Counted from the first letter of the stretch, positions 9,363 to 20,472 are shown. The stretch: 35,868 bases of DNA from Burkholderiales bacterium (GCA_035644415.1 DASQOP010000301.1:1-35868), one strand, 5' to 3'. Notes: generated by a model from the sequence alone, not told the origin. Translations and numbers: made by a program.

Positions 9363-9582
9363 CGGAAAAATTCTGCAGAGTGCCGGCCTCGAGGACCTTC
9401 ACCTGTTGTTGGGCTTCCTGTAGCTGCGCCTGGCAATACTGGAGGAGCTCCGCACCGCGTTTGTAGGCCGCCAGGGACTGCTCGAGCGGAAGCTGCCCCG
9501 CCTCCATGGCAGCGACGATGCTCTCGATCTCGGCGAGTGCCTGCTCGAACGATTGCGGCTTCTGCGATTTGGGTTTGGTCAC
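9343..9582 (-). CDS. xseB: exodeoxyribonuclease VII small subunit, 79 aa
   Basis: Size, the FEQALAELE-type N-terminus (SFEQALAEIESIV), helical-hairpin composition, and position upstream of ispA-dxs. Confidence 0.85.
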   Translation of the reverse strand: MTKPKSQKPQSFEQALAEIESIVAAMEAGQLPLEQSLAAYKRGAELLQYCQAQLQEAQQQVKVLEAGTLQNFSGDDGKE

Positions 9583-9812
9583 GGAGGACAGATGATCGGG
9601 AGGCGGGAAAGTTCGTAAAAATAGCCTATCCCCGGAACCCGGGTCAACGAATGAGGTCGGATGGCGTTGAACCGACGTGCCATGAATGACCTAAAGACGT
9701 TGCGCCGGGTAGGGTTTTAAGGGACAATGCCCAACGGAATTCCGCCCAAACTGTGCGTCAAGCCGGGGGCGGTTTTTTTATTACTGTTTTGCCCCCTGGG
9801 GGACATCCGGTT

Positions 9813-10916
9813 ATGACAGATCTGGCAAATGTTTCCGCTTTGACTCGAACGCCGGCACAGCCGCCCGTCGAGTGGTATCTCGATCCGCGCATTGCCAGAA
9901 TCGAGCACAAAGTGCTGTTCCAGGAGGGGCCAGGTTACGTCGGCCACAAATTGATGGTCCCCGAGGTTGGCGACTATCGCACCCTCGAATGGATGGGGCA
10001 CGCCAAAGCGCTGGTGCACAACCAGAACGGGGTGGAACTGCTGTCCAACGTCTGTCGCCATCGCCAGTCCATCATCCTCAAGGGACATGGGCGCACACAC
10101 AACATTGTCTGCCCGTTGCACCGTTGGACCTACGACACGTCGGGCCGCCTGCTCGGCGCCCCACACTTTCCGGGCAACCCCTGCCTGGACCTGGAAACGA
10201 CACCTTTGGCCCAGTGGAACGGCCTGCTGTTCGCCGGTCCGCGCAATCCGAATCTGGATTTGTCGAAACTGGGCGTGCTTGCCGACCTCGACTTCTCAGG
10301 CTACGTGCTCGACCGGGTGATGATCGAAGAATACCCGGTCAACTGGAAGACGTTCATCGAAGTTTATCTCGAGGATTATCACATCGGGCCATTTCATCCG
10401 GGGCTGGGCCAGTTTGTCGATGCCGAGAATCTGAAGTGGGAATTCGGCGAGTGGTACAGCGTGCAGACCGTGGGGATCAATCAGGCGCTCGGGAGGCCAG
10501 GCACGGATGCATACAAGAAATGGCACGAGGCGGTGCTTCGCTACAACAATGGCGAGATGCCCAAGCAGGGCGCAATCTGGCTCACTTACTATCCGAACAT
10601 CATGGTGGAGTGGTATCCCAACGTGCTGGCGGTCAGCTCCATCGTGCCGCGCGGACCCGAACACTGCAGCAACGTGGTGGAGTTCTACTATCCCGAAGAC
10701 ATCGTTCTGTTCGAACGCGAGTTTGTCGAAGCGGAGCAACGGGCCTACATCGAGACCGCCAGAGAAGACGAGGAAATCTGTCTGCGCATGACCGAAGGCC
10801 GCCGCGCGCTCTACCAGCAGGGCCGCAACGAATTCGGGCCATATCAGTCGCCGATGGAAGACGGGATGATCCATTTCCACGAATTCCTGCGCAATCATAT
10901 CGAGCCGCACCTGTAA
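9813..10916 (+). CDS. Rieske [2Fe-2S] aromatic-ring-hydroxylating oxygenase alpha-subunit-like protein, ~367 aa
   Basis: The Rieske motif is CRHRQ..(17)..CPLHRW. The C-terminal catalytic/SRPBCC-like domain carries EDYH. Track ORF 9753 (GTG) trimmed to the ATG at 9813 (MTDLANVS..). Confidence 0.75.
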   Translation: MTDLANVSALTRTPAQPPVEWYLDPRIARIEHKVLFQEGPGYVGHKLMVPEVGDYRTLEWMGHAKALVHNQNGVELLSNVCRHRQSIILKGHGRTHNIVCPLHRWTYDTSGRLLGAPHFPGNPCLDLETTPLAQWNGLLFAGPRNPNLDLSKLGVLADLDFSGYVLDRVMIEEYPVNWKTFIEVYLEDYHIGPFHPGLGQFVDAENLKWEFGEWYSVQTVGINQALGRPGTDAYKKWHEAVLRYNNGEMPKQGAIWLTYYPNIMVEWYPNVLAVSSIVPRGPEHCSNVVEFYYPEDIVLFEREFVEAEQRAYIETAREDEEICLRMTEGRRALYQQGRNEFGPYQSPMEDGMIHFHEFLRNHIEPHL

Positions 10917-11018
10917 GTCCGCGCGGGTACCGCGAACGGGCGAACTTGCTGCACGGCCGCGGGTGGCGCCGAGACGCTCGATACTCAATCCTCTCGCCTC
11001 ACAACCCACGCCTTCCGC

Positions 11019-11858
11019 ATGAAGTACACAACTCTCATTTCCGTCGCCGAACTGGCAAATCACCTCGGCAATGCGGAACTCGTGATCTTCGACTGCCGTC
11101 ACGAATTGACCAATCCCGAATACGGACCGAATGCGTACGCCGAGTCGCATATCCCCGGCGCCCGTTTCGCGCATGTGGATAGGGATCTTGCGGGGCGACT
11201 CGCCGGCAAAAATGGCCGCCATCCGCTGCCTGACCCGAACGCCTTCGTCGCCTGGCTCGGCCGCATGGGTGTTGGCAGCGGCAGTCAGGTCGTCGGCTAC
11301 GATCATGCCGGCGGCACCTATGCCGCGCGCCTGTGGTGGATGTTGCGCTGGGTCGGACATCGGAAAGTGGCGGTCGTCGACGGCGGTTGGCAGGCATGGG
11401 CCGCCGCCGGCAATCCTGTGACCAAGGAACTGCCGACGCCGACGGCAGCAAAGTTCAGCGGCAAACCCGACCGCTCCTGGGTGGACGCTGCGGCCGTCAC
11501 CAAACGCCTTAATTCGAAGGAAATGATCCTGATCGACGCACGCAGCAACGACCGTTTCCATGGCCGCAACGAGACCATCGATCCGGTCGTCGGCCACATT
11601 CCGGGCGCGCTCAACCGCTTCTTCAAGGACAACCTGAACACCCAGGGTTTCTTCAAGTCGCCGCAGGAACTGCGCGCCGACTTCAATTCGCTGGTCGGCG
11701 ATGCGTCACCGGAAAAAGTCGTGCATCAATGCGGCTCTGGCGTGTCCGCCTGCCACAATCTGCTGGCGATGGAGATCGCCGGCATCAAGGGCACCCGGCT
11801 TTATCCCGGTTCGTGGAGCGAGTGGATCGCCGATCCATCGCGCCCTGTGGCCAGCTAG
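11019..11858 (+). CDS. sseA: tandem-rhodanese sulfurtransferase (3-mercaptopyruvate/thiosulfate sulfurtransferase-like), 279 aa
   Basis: Two-rhodanese-domain size. The active-site loop CGSGVSAC resembles the MST-type CG[ST]GV[TS] loop. HIPGA motifs occur in both domains. Confidence 0.75.
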   Translation: MKYTTLISVAELANHLGNAELVIFDCRHELTNPEYGPNAYAESHIPGARFAHVDRDLAGRLAGKNGRHPLPDPNAFVAWLGRMGVGSGSQVVGYDHAGGTYAARLWWMLRWVGHRKVAVVDGGWQAWAAAGNPVTKELPTPTAAKFSGKPDRSWVDAAAVTKRLNSKEMILIDARSNDRFHGRNETIDPVVGHIPGALNRFFKDNLNTQGFFKSPQELRADFNSLVGDASPEKVVHQCGSGVSACHNLLAMEIAGIKGTRLYPGSWSEWIADPSRPVAS

Positions 11859-11876
11859 AGGTCTTCACCCGGCGAC

Positions 11877-12287
11877 GTGAGCGGACTCGCCGACGTCGTT
11901 CTCCTGGTCCACGCCCTGTTCGTGGTGTTCGTTGTCGGCGGCCTGGCGCTCATCTGGATCGGGGCCTTGTGCGGTTGGCGGATCGTTCGTAATTTCCCGT
12001 TTCGCGTACTGCACCTGGCTGCGATCCTCTTTGTTTGCGCCGAAGCGCTCATCGGTGTCGCCTGTCCGCTCACCGCCTGGGAGGATCAGTTGCGTGGCGG
12101 TCCTGCGCAAAGCGATTTCGTCGCCCGCTGGCTGCACCGCATCCTTTACTACGATTTTCCCGGATGGGTTTTCCTGACCCTGTACCTCTTGTTCGCATTG
12201 GCGGTCGCGGGATCGTTCCTTCTAATCCGTCCAAGTCGCGATCACGACCGGAATAAGAACGGGCGGCAAAGCCGCCCGTCCGGGTAA
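11877..12287 (+). CDS. DUF2784-family integral membrane protein, 136 aa
   Basis: GTG start. About four hydrophobic helices and the CPLTAWE..LR motif I associate with DUF2784. The last ~10 codons run through a terminator hairpin. Confidence 0.6.
   Translation: MSGLADVVLLVHALFVVFVVGGLALIWIGALCGWRIVRNFPFRVLHLAAILFVCAEALIGVACPLTAWEDQLRGGPAQSDFVARWLHRILYYDFPGWVFLTLYLLFALAVAGSFLLIRPSRDHDRNKNGRQSRPSG
12259..12279 (-). terminator. hairpin terminator for fccAB, embedded in the DUF2784 3' coding end
   Basis: 9-bp stem ACGGGCGGC/GCCGCCCGT with an AAA loop. On the minus strand it is followed by TCTTATTCC and lies 24 nt beyond the fccB stop. Confidence 0.5.
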
Positions 12288-12302
12288 TTCCACAAACGTG
12301 TG

Positions 12303-13580
12303 TCAGCCGAGCATGTCGGACCAGATATTCCTGCCCCAGGCTTCCGCGTACTGGCCTTCCAGTTCGCTCGCGGCCGCAGACACACCGCTGCCTCCCGGGA
12401 CGATCTCCATGGTTTTCTTCTCCGGCACATAGGCATGCACGGAAGCAACGTGGATGACTTCCTTGTCGCTCACAAAGCTGTAGCAGGTGTTGGTGACCAG
12501 TGGCTGGCTATTGACCGCTTCCCCATGCAGCAGCGCCACCACCGCGGCAGCACAGACTTTCGCGTGCTGGTTGGCCATATGCCCGGATTTGGGCATCTGC
12601 GGTGCAGCCATGATGGCGTCACCCAGTACGTGCACGTTCTTCACGGCCGATGACTCGTACGTCAGAAAATCCACACCGCACCACCTGTTGTTCGCGGTGA
12701 TCAACCCGGCATCTGCGGCAATCTTGCCGCAGCGCTGCGGCGGAACCACGTTCAACACATCGGCCTTGACGTCTTCGAATGCAAGTTTCGCCGTCATGGT
12801 GGCTGCATCCACTCCCGTGAGTTCGCTGTTCGGTCGGTACTCGATGATCCCGGCGTAGCGCTCGCTCCACGCTTTCGTGAACAGCCCCTTCTTCGACACC
12901 ACATCCTCGTTGGCGTCGAGGATGAGGACCTTGGATTTCGGTTTGCTGGTCTTGAAGTACCACGCCACCTGGCAGGCACGTTCGTACGGTCCCGGCGGGC
13001 AGCGGTACGGGGCCTTGGGAATCGTCATCGCGTACACGCCGCCGTCCGCCATTGCCTCCAGCTGCTTGCGCAGCGCCACCGTCTGCGGCCCGGCCTTCCA
13101 GGCGTGCAGCACCCGCGCCTGCGCCTCGGGCGAATCCAGGCCCGGCACCTCGTTGTAGAGTATGTCCACACCGGGCGCCACGATCAGGCGATCGTATTTG
13201 AGGGTGCCGCCTTTGCCCAATCGCACTTCCTGCGCGACCGGATCGATCGCCTTTGCCTCGTCGCGGATCAGTTTGACTCCATACTTGGCCTGAAGCTTGC
13301 CATAGTCGCGGGTGAGGTCCTTCAACTGGATGACGCCAGCAAGCACGCGGTTCGAAAGCGGACAGGAAACGAACTCTGCGTCCCGCTCGACCAGAGTGAC
13401 CTCGATATCCGGCCCCCACATGCGCACATATTTGGCGGCGGTCGCACCGGCGTAGCCACCTCCAATTACCACTACCCTGCCCACGGTCTTGGACGTCGTG
13501 GCGGTCGCGCAACCGATGCTTCCGGATAACGCAGCCGAAGCCGACAACCACTTGACGAAATCGCGACGTGTCAAAGCCAT
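12303..13580 (-). CDS. fccB: flavocytochrome c sulfide dehydrogenase, flavoprotein subunit, 425 aa
   Basis: Tat signal (TRRDFVKWLSASAA), FAD dinucleotide fold VVVIGGGYAGATAAKY, and pairing with an upstream small c-type cytochrome gene. Confidence 0.85.
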   Translation of the reverse strand: MALTRRDFVKWLSASAALSGSIGCATATTSKTVGRVVVIGGGYAGATAAKYVRMWGPDIEVTLVERDAEFVSCPLSNRVLAGVIQLKDLTRDYGKLQAKYGVKLIRDEAKAIDPVAQEVRLGKGGTLKYDRLIVAPGVDILYNEVPGLDSPEAQARVLHAWKAGPQTVALRKQLEAMADGGVYAMTIPKAPYRCPPGPYERACQVAWYFKTSKPKSKVLILDANEDVVSKKGLFTKAWSERYAGIIEYRPNSELTGVDAATMTAKLAFEDVKADVLNVVPPQRCGKIAADAGLITANNRWCGVDFLTYESSAVKNVHVLGDAIMAAPQMPKSGHMANQHAKVCAAAVVALLHGEAVNSQPLVTNTCYSFVSDKEVIHVASVHAYVPEKKTMEIVPGGSGVSAAASELEGQYAEAWGRNIWSDMLG

Positions 13581-13605
13581 TTTCCCTCTCCTCGGTTGCC
13601 GGGCT

Positions 13606-13917
13606 TCACTTCAACGGTTGCGCAGCGAAGAACTCCGCGATTCGCTCGATCTGCTCATCGGAGTAGCCCTTGGCGTGCTGATGCATGACGGTTGCCGGCC
13701 TTGTACCCGCCTTGAACTCCTTCATGGCATTGACGATGTACGCCTTGTCCAGACCGGCCAGCAACGGCATACCGCCCTCGCTATGGCCGTTGGTGCCATG
13801 ACAGCCCGTGCACGTTGCCGCCCAATTGCGCCCATTGATGTTGTTGTCCACCGCGAGTGCGGGAATGCTCGCTCCGGCGAGCAGCAGCGCCGCGTATGTG
13901 ATGCCTGCCCTTATCAT
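13606..13917 (-). CDS. fccA: flavocytochrome c sulfide dehydrogenase, monohaem cytochrome c subunit, ~103 aa
   Basis: Track ORF trimmed to the ATG at 13917 (MIRAGITYAALLLAGASIPALA signal peptide, GGGAGA SD). One CTGCH haem-binding site. Lies 25 nt upstream of fccB. Confidence 0.75.
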   Translation of the reverse strand: MIRAGITYAALLLAGASIPALAVDNNINGRNWAATCTGCHGTNGHSEGGMPLLAGLDKAYIVNAMKEFKAGTRPATVMHQHAKGYSDEQIERIAEFFAAQPLK

Positions 13918-14041
13918 TGCTGTTCTCCCATTCTTGACGCGTGACTGCAACGCCGTGTGCGGTTTATTCGCATACACGTTACTCGCGGCCGGGAGGCGGC
14001 GCAACCCGGCCGGTTCGCCCGGGTGCAGTCCGGCGTCACCG

Positions 14042-14071
14042 AAAAAAAAGCCGGACCTCGTCGGTCCGGCT
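14042..14071 (-). terminator. rho-independent terminator of clpA
   Basis: The minus strand has the stem AGCCGGACC/GGTCCGGCT with a 5-nt loop, followed by a run of 8 T. It lies 23 nt after the clpA stop. Confidence 0.85.
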
Positions 14072-14093
14072 CGGGTTGCACCATTGCGTTCGT

Positions 14094-16358
14094 TCAGGCG
14101 AGACTTTCTTCCTTGGCCTCGTCGAAAAGCAGCCTGGTCTTGCCTTCGGCATCCACGTCCACGGTAACCTTGCCGCCGCTCGCCAGGCGTCCAAACAGAA
14201 GCTCGTCGGCCAGCGCAGTACGTATCGTGTCCTGAATCAGCCGCGACATGGGCCGCGCGCCCATCAGCGGATCAAAGCCGCTCTTGGCGAGATACGCCTT
14301 TAGCGCATCGGTGAAGGCCACTTCCACTTTCTTCTCGTGCAATTGCTCCTCGAGTTGCATGAGAAATTTGTCCACCACCTTGATGATGATGTCGTGGGAC
14401 AGCGCCGAGAAGGAAATGGCGGCATCCAGCCGATTGCGGAATTCCGGCGTGAACATGCGCTTGATCTCCGCCATCTCGTCTCCGGCAACCGTCTGCTGGG
14501 TGAATCCCATCGATGTCTTCGACAGCTCTGAGGCACCGGCGTTGGTGGTCATCACGATCACGATGTTGCGAAAGTCTGCCTTGCGCCCGTTGTTGTCGGT
14601 GAGCGTGCCATGGTCCATTACCTGCAGCAGGATGTTGAAAATGTCCGGGTGCGCCTTCTCGATTTCGTCGAGGAGCAGTACCGAGTATGGATGCTTGGTG
14701 ATTGCCTCGGTAAGCAGTCCGCCCTGGTCGAAACCGACGTAACCGGGCGGCGCGCCGATCAGGCGCGACACCGCATGCCTTTCCATGTACTCGGACATGT
14801 CGAAGCGGATGAGTTCCACACCCATCGTGTAAGCGAGCTGGCGCGCTACTTCAGTCTTGCCCACCCCGGTGGGGCCGCTGAACAGGAAGCAACCGATCGG
14901 CTTCTGCGGATTGCCCAGGCCGCTTCTCGACATCTTGATCGAGGCGGCGAGCGCGTCGATCGCCTTTTCCTGGCCGAACACCACTGCCTTCAGGTCGCGG
15001 TCGAGATTCTGCAACTTGCTGCGATCGGTGGAAGACACGCTCTGCGCCGGCACGCGCGCAATTTTGGCGATGATCTCCTCGATCTCGTGTTTGCTGATGA
15101 CGCGTTTCTGCTTGGACTTCGGCAGGATGCGTTGCGCCGCGCCGGCCTCGTCGATCACATCGATGGCTTTGTCGGGCAGGTGGCGGTCATTGATGAAGCG
15201 CGCGGACAATTCCGCCGCCGAGGTTAGAGCCGAGGCGGTGTACTTGACCCCGTGATGTGCCTCGAAACGCGTCTTCAGGCCGCGCAGGATCTCGACGGTT
15301 TCCGCAACCGAAGGTTCGGTCACATCGATCTTTTGGAAGCGTCGCGACAGCGCATGGTCCTTTTCGAATATCCCGCGGAATTCGGTGTAGGTTGTGGCGC
15401 CGATGCACTTCAGGGCCCCGGAGGACAACGCCGGCTTGAGCAGGTTGGAGGCGTCCAGCGTCCCGCCGGAGGCTGCACCGGCGCCGATGAGCGTGTGGAT
15501 CTCGTCGATGAACAGGATCGCGTTGGGGTTGTCGGTAAGCTGCTTGAGCACCGCTTTGAGCCGTTGCTCGAAGTCGCCACGGTACTTGGTGCCGGCAAGC
15601 AGCGCACCCATGTCGAGCGCGTAGACCTGGCAGCGCGACAGAATCTCGGGCACGCTGCCCTCGATGATGCGGCGCGCCAATCCTTCGGCGATCGCGGTCT
15701 TTCCCACCCCGGCCTCGCCCACCAGAAGCGGATTGTTCTTGCGCCGGCGGCACAGCGTCTGGATCACGCGCTCGAGTTCGCGTTCCCGGCCGATCAGCGG
15801 ATCGATCTTGCCGGAGATGGCAAGCGCGTTCAGGTTCATGGTGTAGCTCTCGAGCGCGCCCCCCGAAGACTGCTCCTGCTCGGAATCCGCGTCCGCCTCC
15901 GGTTGCTGCTTGGCGGGCGCCGCCTGCGGCACTTTGGTGATGCCATGGGAGATGAAGTTCACCACGTCCAGGCGCGTCACCCCCTTCTGGTGCAGGAAGT
16001 ACACCGCATGCGAGTCCTTCTCGCCAAAAATCGCGACCAGCACATTGGCGCCGGTGACTTCTTTCTTGCCCGAGGACTGCACATGCAGAATCGCGCGCTG
16101 GATCACCCGCTGGAATCCAAGCGTCGGTTGGGTGTCGACTTCTTCCCCGCTCACCACCGGGGTGTGTTCGTTGATGAAGTCGTTCAGGAGCTTTCTCAGT
16201 TCCTCGACATTGGCAGCGCAGGCGCGCAGGACCTCTGCGGCGGACGGGTTGTCCAGCATGGCGAGCAGCAGGTGCTCCACGGTGATGAATTCGTGGCGCT
16301 TCTGTCGTGCTTCCATAAACGCCATGTGAAGACTGACTTCTAACTCCTGCGCAATCAT
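14094..16358 (-). CDS. clpA: ATP-dependent Clp protease ATP-binding subunit ClpA, ~754 aa
   Basis: Start trimmed to [14 protein letters not shown] (ATG at 16358, GGAGGA SD, ATGA overlap with the clpS stop). Two AAA+ modules with Walker A GEAGVGKT and GPTGVGKT. Confidence 0.95.
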   Translation of the reverse strand: MIAQELEVSLHMAFMEARQKRHEFITVEHLLLAMLDNPSAAEVLRACAANVEELRKLLNDFINEHTPVVSGEEVDTQPTLGFQRVIQRAILHVQSSGKKEVTGANVLVAIFGEKDSHAVYFLHQKGVTRLDVVNFISHGITKVPQAAPAKQQPEADADSEQEQSSGGALESYTMNLNALAISGKIDPLIGRERELERVIQTLCRRRKNNPLLVGEAGVGKTAIAEGLARRIIEGSVPEILSRCQVYALDMGALLAGTKYRGDFEQRLKAVLKQLTDNPNAILFIDEIHTLIGAGAASGGTLDASNLLKPALSSGALKCIGATTYTEFRGIFEKDHALSRRFQKIDVTEPSVAETVEILRGLKTRFEAHHGVKYTASALTSAAELSARFINDRHLPDKAIDVIDEAGAAQRILPKSKQKRVISKHEIEEIIAKIARVPAQSVSSTDRSKLQNLDRDLKAVVFGQEKAIDALAASIKMSRSGLGNPQKPIGCFLFSGPTGVGKTEVARQLAYTMGVELIRFDMSEYMERHAVSRLIGAPPGYVGFDQGGLLTEAITKHPYSVLLLDEIEKAHPDIFNILLQVMDHGTLTDNNGRKADFRNIVIVMTTNAGASELSKTSMGFTQQTVAGDEMAEIKRMFTPEFRNRLDAAISFSALSHDIIIKVVDKFLMQLEEQLHEKKVEVAFTDALKAYLAKSGFDPLMGARPMSRLIQDTIRTALADELLFGRLASGGKVTVDVDAEGKTRLLFDEAKEESLA

Positions 16359-16663
16359 GTTTCCTCCATCACGCACTGAAGCGGATGCTGATGCTGCCTC
16401 GAAAAAGCTATAACCTGCTCAACCTTGGTGGCGGCCACATCCTTAGGATACACCCCGCACACGCCCATGCCTTCCCTGTGTACTTTGAGCATGATCTGGG
16501 TCGCCTGTTCTCGTGTCATCGAAAAAAACGTCTGGAGAACGGAGACCACGAAGTCCATGGGTGTGTAATCGTCGTTCAACAGCAGAACTTTGAACAGGGG
16601 CGGGGGCTTGACCTTGCTTTTCTCGGCCTCCAGAAGCGTGCTGTCGCGAGTTCCCGATGCCAT
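16355..16663 (-). CDS. clpS: ATP-dependent Clp protease adaptor ClpS, ~102 aa
   Basis: The core [29 protein letters not shown] matches the ClpS signature. ATG at 16663 chosen by homolog length; TTG at 16696 is an alternative start. Confidence 0.85.
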   Translation of the reverse strand: MASGTRDSTLLEAEKSKVKPPPLFKVLLLNDDYTPMDFVVSVLQTFFSMTREQATQIMLKVHREGMGVCGVYPKDVAATKVEQVIAFSRQHQHPLQCVMEET

Positions 16664-16813
16664 AACCTGCTGTCTCGCTTCCACTGCCTTCACCAAGATC
16701 TAATTTTGCTGATAACCGTGGAAATTACAAGTGCAGCATCCGGACTCGGCCAGAGAATTGGCAGATTCCCTAAAACCGCATTGCAACAACCTCTTGCGAA
16801 GGTTTTGGCGTAC

Positions 16814-16842
16814 TTGACTTCCCAAAATAAATGACCTAAAAA
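16814..16842 (+). promoter_or_regulatory. candidate sigma70 promoter of cspA (TTGACT-17-TAAAAA)
   Basis: Hexamers read directly. It would produce a 5'UTR of about 110 nt, consistent with the long leaders of major cold-shock genes. Confidence 0.45.
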
Positions 16843-16959
16843 GTGGATAGGTGTTTGGCTTCAAGGATACTGCAGTACCGGTTTTGCCGATAACGCGGAC
16901 TTGAAACTCAAACAATCGGCGGGTTTCCGACCCGCGTTTTTCATCAGGGGAAGGGGAGT

Positions 16960-17163
16960 ATGGCAACTGGCACTGTAAAGTGGTTTAACGACGCGAAGGG
17001 CTATGGTTTCATCACGCCCGACGACGGCAGCGAAGATCTGTTTGCCCATTTTTCGGCAATTCAGATGAACGGCTTCAAGACGCTCAAAGAAGGTCAGAAG
17101 GTGAGTTTCGAAGTCACCCAAGGGCCAAAGGGGAAACAGGCCTCCAACATCCAGGCCGCCTAA
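16960..17163 (+). CDS. cspA: cold-shock protein, CspA family, 67 aa
   Basis: RNP1 is KGYGFI and RNP2 is DLFAHFS within [31 protein letters not shown]. Confidence 0.95.
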   Translation: MATGTVKWFNDAKGYGFITPDDGSEDLFAHFSAIQMNGFKTLKEGQKVSFEVTQGPKGKQASNIQAA

Positions 17164-17213
17164 AGGCTGCCGGGCGGCGCAAACGACTCCGCCGGCAGGT
17201 TCAGAACATTCGA

Positions 17214-17246
17214 AGCCCGCGACGCCATCGCGGGCTTTTTGTTTTT
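17214..17246 (+). terminator. rho-independent terminator between convergent cspA and icd
   Basis: Stem AGCCCGCGA/TCGCGGGCT with a 5-nt loop, followed by TTTTGTTTTT. Confidence 0.85.
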
Positions 17247-17255
17247 GCGGGTTGC

Positions 17256-18500
17256 TCAATCCTTCATGCGCTCGATCATGGCGTTGCCGAACCCGGAGCA
17301 GGAGACCTGTGTCGCCCCGGTCATCAGACGCGCAAAGTCATACGTGACGACTTTGTCGCGGATAGCCGCCTCCATGGATCTGACGATGAGATCGGCCGCT
17401 TCCACCCAACCCATGTGACGCAGCATCATCTCCGCCGAGAGAATCAGCGAACCCGGATTGACGTAGTCCTTGCCGGCATACTTCGGCGCCGTTCCATGGG
17501 TCGCCTCGAACATCGCCACCGAGTCGCTGGTATTGGCGCCGGGCGCGATGCCGATACCGCCCACCTGGGCCGCCAGGGCGTCGGAAATGTAGTCGCCATT
17601 CAGGTTGAGCGTAGCAATGACGTCGTATTCGTCCGGACGCAGCAGAATTTGCTGCAGGAAAGCGTCGGCGATCGCATCCTTGACCACCATTCCGTTCGGC
17701 AGTTTCATCCACGGCCCGCCGTCAAGCAGCGCCGCCCCAAACTCGCGCTTGGCGAGCGCGTAACCCCAGTCCCGAAAAGCGCCTTCGGTGAATTTCATGA
17801 TGTTGCCCTTGTGCACCAGGGTGACCGACCTGCGCTTGTTCGCGATCGCGTACTGGAGCGCCTTGCGCACCAGCCGCTCGGTGCCTTCGCGCGAGACTGG
17901 CTTAATGCCGATTCCAGAAGTCCGGGGAAAACGGATCTTCTTCACCCCCATTTCCTTGATCAGGAAATCGATCACCTTGCGGGAATCTTCCGATTCCGCG
18001 GCCCACTCTATGCCTGCGTAAATGTCCTCGGAGTTCTCCCGAAAGATCACCATGTCGGTCTTTTCGGGCTGTTTCAGCGGGCTGGGAACGCCCTTGAAGT
18101 AGCGTACGGGGCGAAGACACACGTACAGGTCGAGTTGCTGGCGCAACGCAACGTTAATCGAACGGATGCCGCCACCCACCGGCGTCGTAAGCGGCCCCTT
18201 GATCGAGACCACGAACTCCTTGCTGGCCTGCAGCGTCTCTTCCGGCAGCCAGACGTTTTCGCCATAGACCGTGCACGATTTCTCGCCGGCGTACATCTCC
18301 ATCCACACGACCTTGCGCTTGCTTTCATAGGCCACCTGGACCGCCGAATCCACGACCCTGCGCATCACGGGCGTAATGTCCACACCGGTACCGTCACCTT
18401 CGATGAAGGGAATGATCGGGTTGGCGGGAACGTTCAACATGTAGTCCTTGTTTACGGTGATTTTCTGCCCTGTGGAAGGAACCTTGATGTGCTGGTACAT
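17256..18500 (-). CDS. icd: NADP-dependent isocitrate dehydrogenase (homodimeric type), 414 aa
   Basis: Track ORF trimmed to the ATG at 18500 ([16 protein letters not shown]..), matching the E. coli Icd N-terminus layout. [21 protein letters not shown] contains the AceK-target Ser context. Confidence 0.95.
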   Translation of the reverse strand: MYQHIKVPSTGQKITVNKDYMLNVPANPIIPFIEGDGTGVDITPVMRRVVDSAVQVAYESKRKVVWMEMYAGEKSCTVYGENVWLPEETLQASKEFVVSIKGPLTTPVGGGIRSINVALRQQLDLYVCLRPVRYFKGVPSPLKQPEKTDMVIFRENSEDIYAGIEWAAESEDSRKVIDFLIKEMGVKKIRFPRTSGIGIKPVSREGTERLVRKALQYAIANKRRSVTLVHKGNIMKFTEGAFRDWGYALAKREFGAALLDGGPWMKLPNGMVVKDAIADAFLQQILLRPDEYDVIATLNLNGDYISDALAAQVGGIGIAPGANTSDSVAMFEATHGTAPKYAGKDYVNPGSLILSAEMMLRHMGWVEAADLIVRSMEAAIRDKVVTYDFARLMTGATQVSCSGFGNAMIERMKD

Positions 18501-19173
18501 GAAATCGGCCTCGATTAGACGTGTAGATGGATGTGATTGAATTGCAAGCAGTAATGCGAAGCTGTCAAAGGCGCCAATTGTAAAGCAAGGTCCGCTCGCG
18601 GCCCACCGGAACCCGCTCTGAACACACGCCCGATCCTTTAGCTGTGATTTCTCCGGCAACGCGGAAAACGAATCACCTGACCAGCCTTCTACAACGCTCC
18701 ACGCATACTCGGGTCAGGTGTAGTCCTCGTGGCGACACGCATCCAACCACGGCAATAGGCCAACGAACTCGAATCGGCAAAGTCCTTGAAACCAAATTTC
18801 GCATTGCAAAATCGCGCGCCGTGAAAATTCATAAGTTTATATTTTTTAATGTGAAATTCCAGTTCTGCTTTATTGTTGCGGCGCATGAAAATCCTGATGT
18901 ACTGTCGCCGGCACCACCGTTGCGCCAATAAACGCTGGCGCAACGCGGATTCGAGGCCGAGCTCAAGCACGCTGCCTCCAAGCCGTGTGCCAGATCCGAT
19001 CTCTGGCTTCCCGTGGTTGAGAGTGCCGGCCCACCGGTACTCGGCAAGCAGGGATCTGTGTCCACGATGTTTCGCGTGACCCGCGACACAAGTACGGCAT
19101 GACCTGTTGCGAGGACGCAGCCCGATTGCGTCCAAACCGAGACACACACGTACTTGCCGAAAGGAGAATGCTC

Positions 19174-20451
<1,278 letters not shown>

Positions 20452-20472
20452 GCGCTTCTCTCCTTCCCGCGC

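Noticed and set aside
10521-10540. Sigma54-like TGGCAC hits occur at, for example, 10523 (TGGCACGAGGCGGTGC), 21085 and 3566.
   Set aside because: All lie inside coding sequences, the GC of the -12 element is out of register with the TGGCAC-N5-TTGC consensus, and no enhancer-binding-protein gene is nearby.
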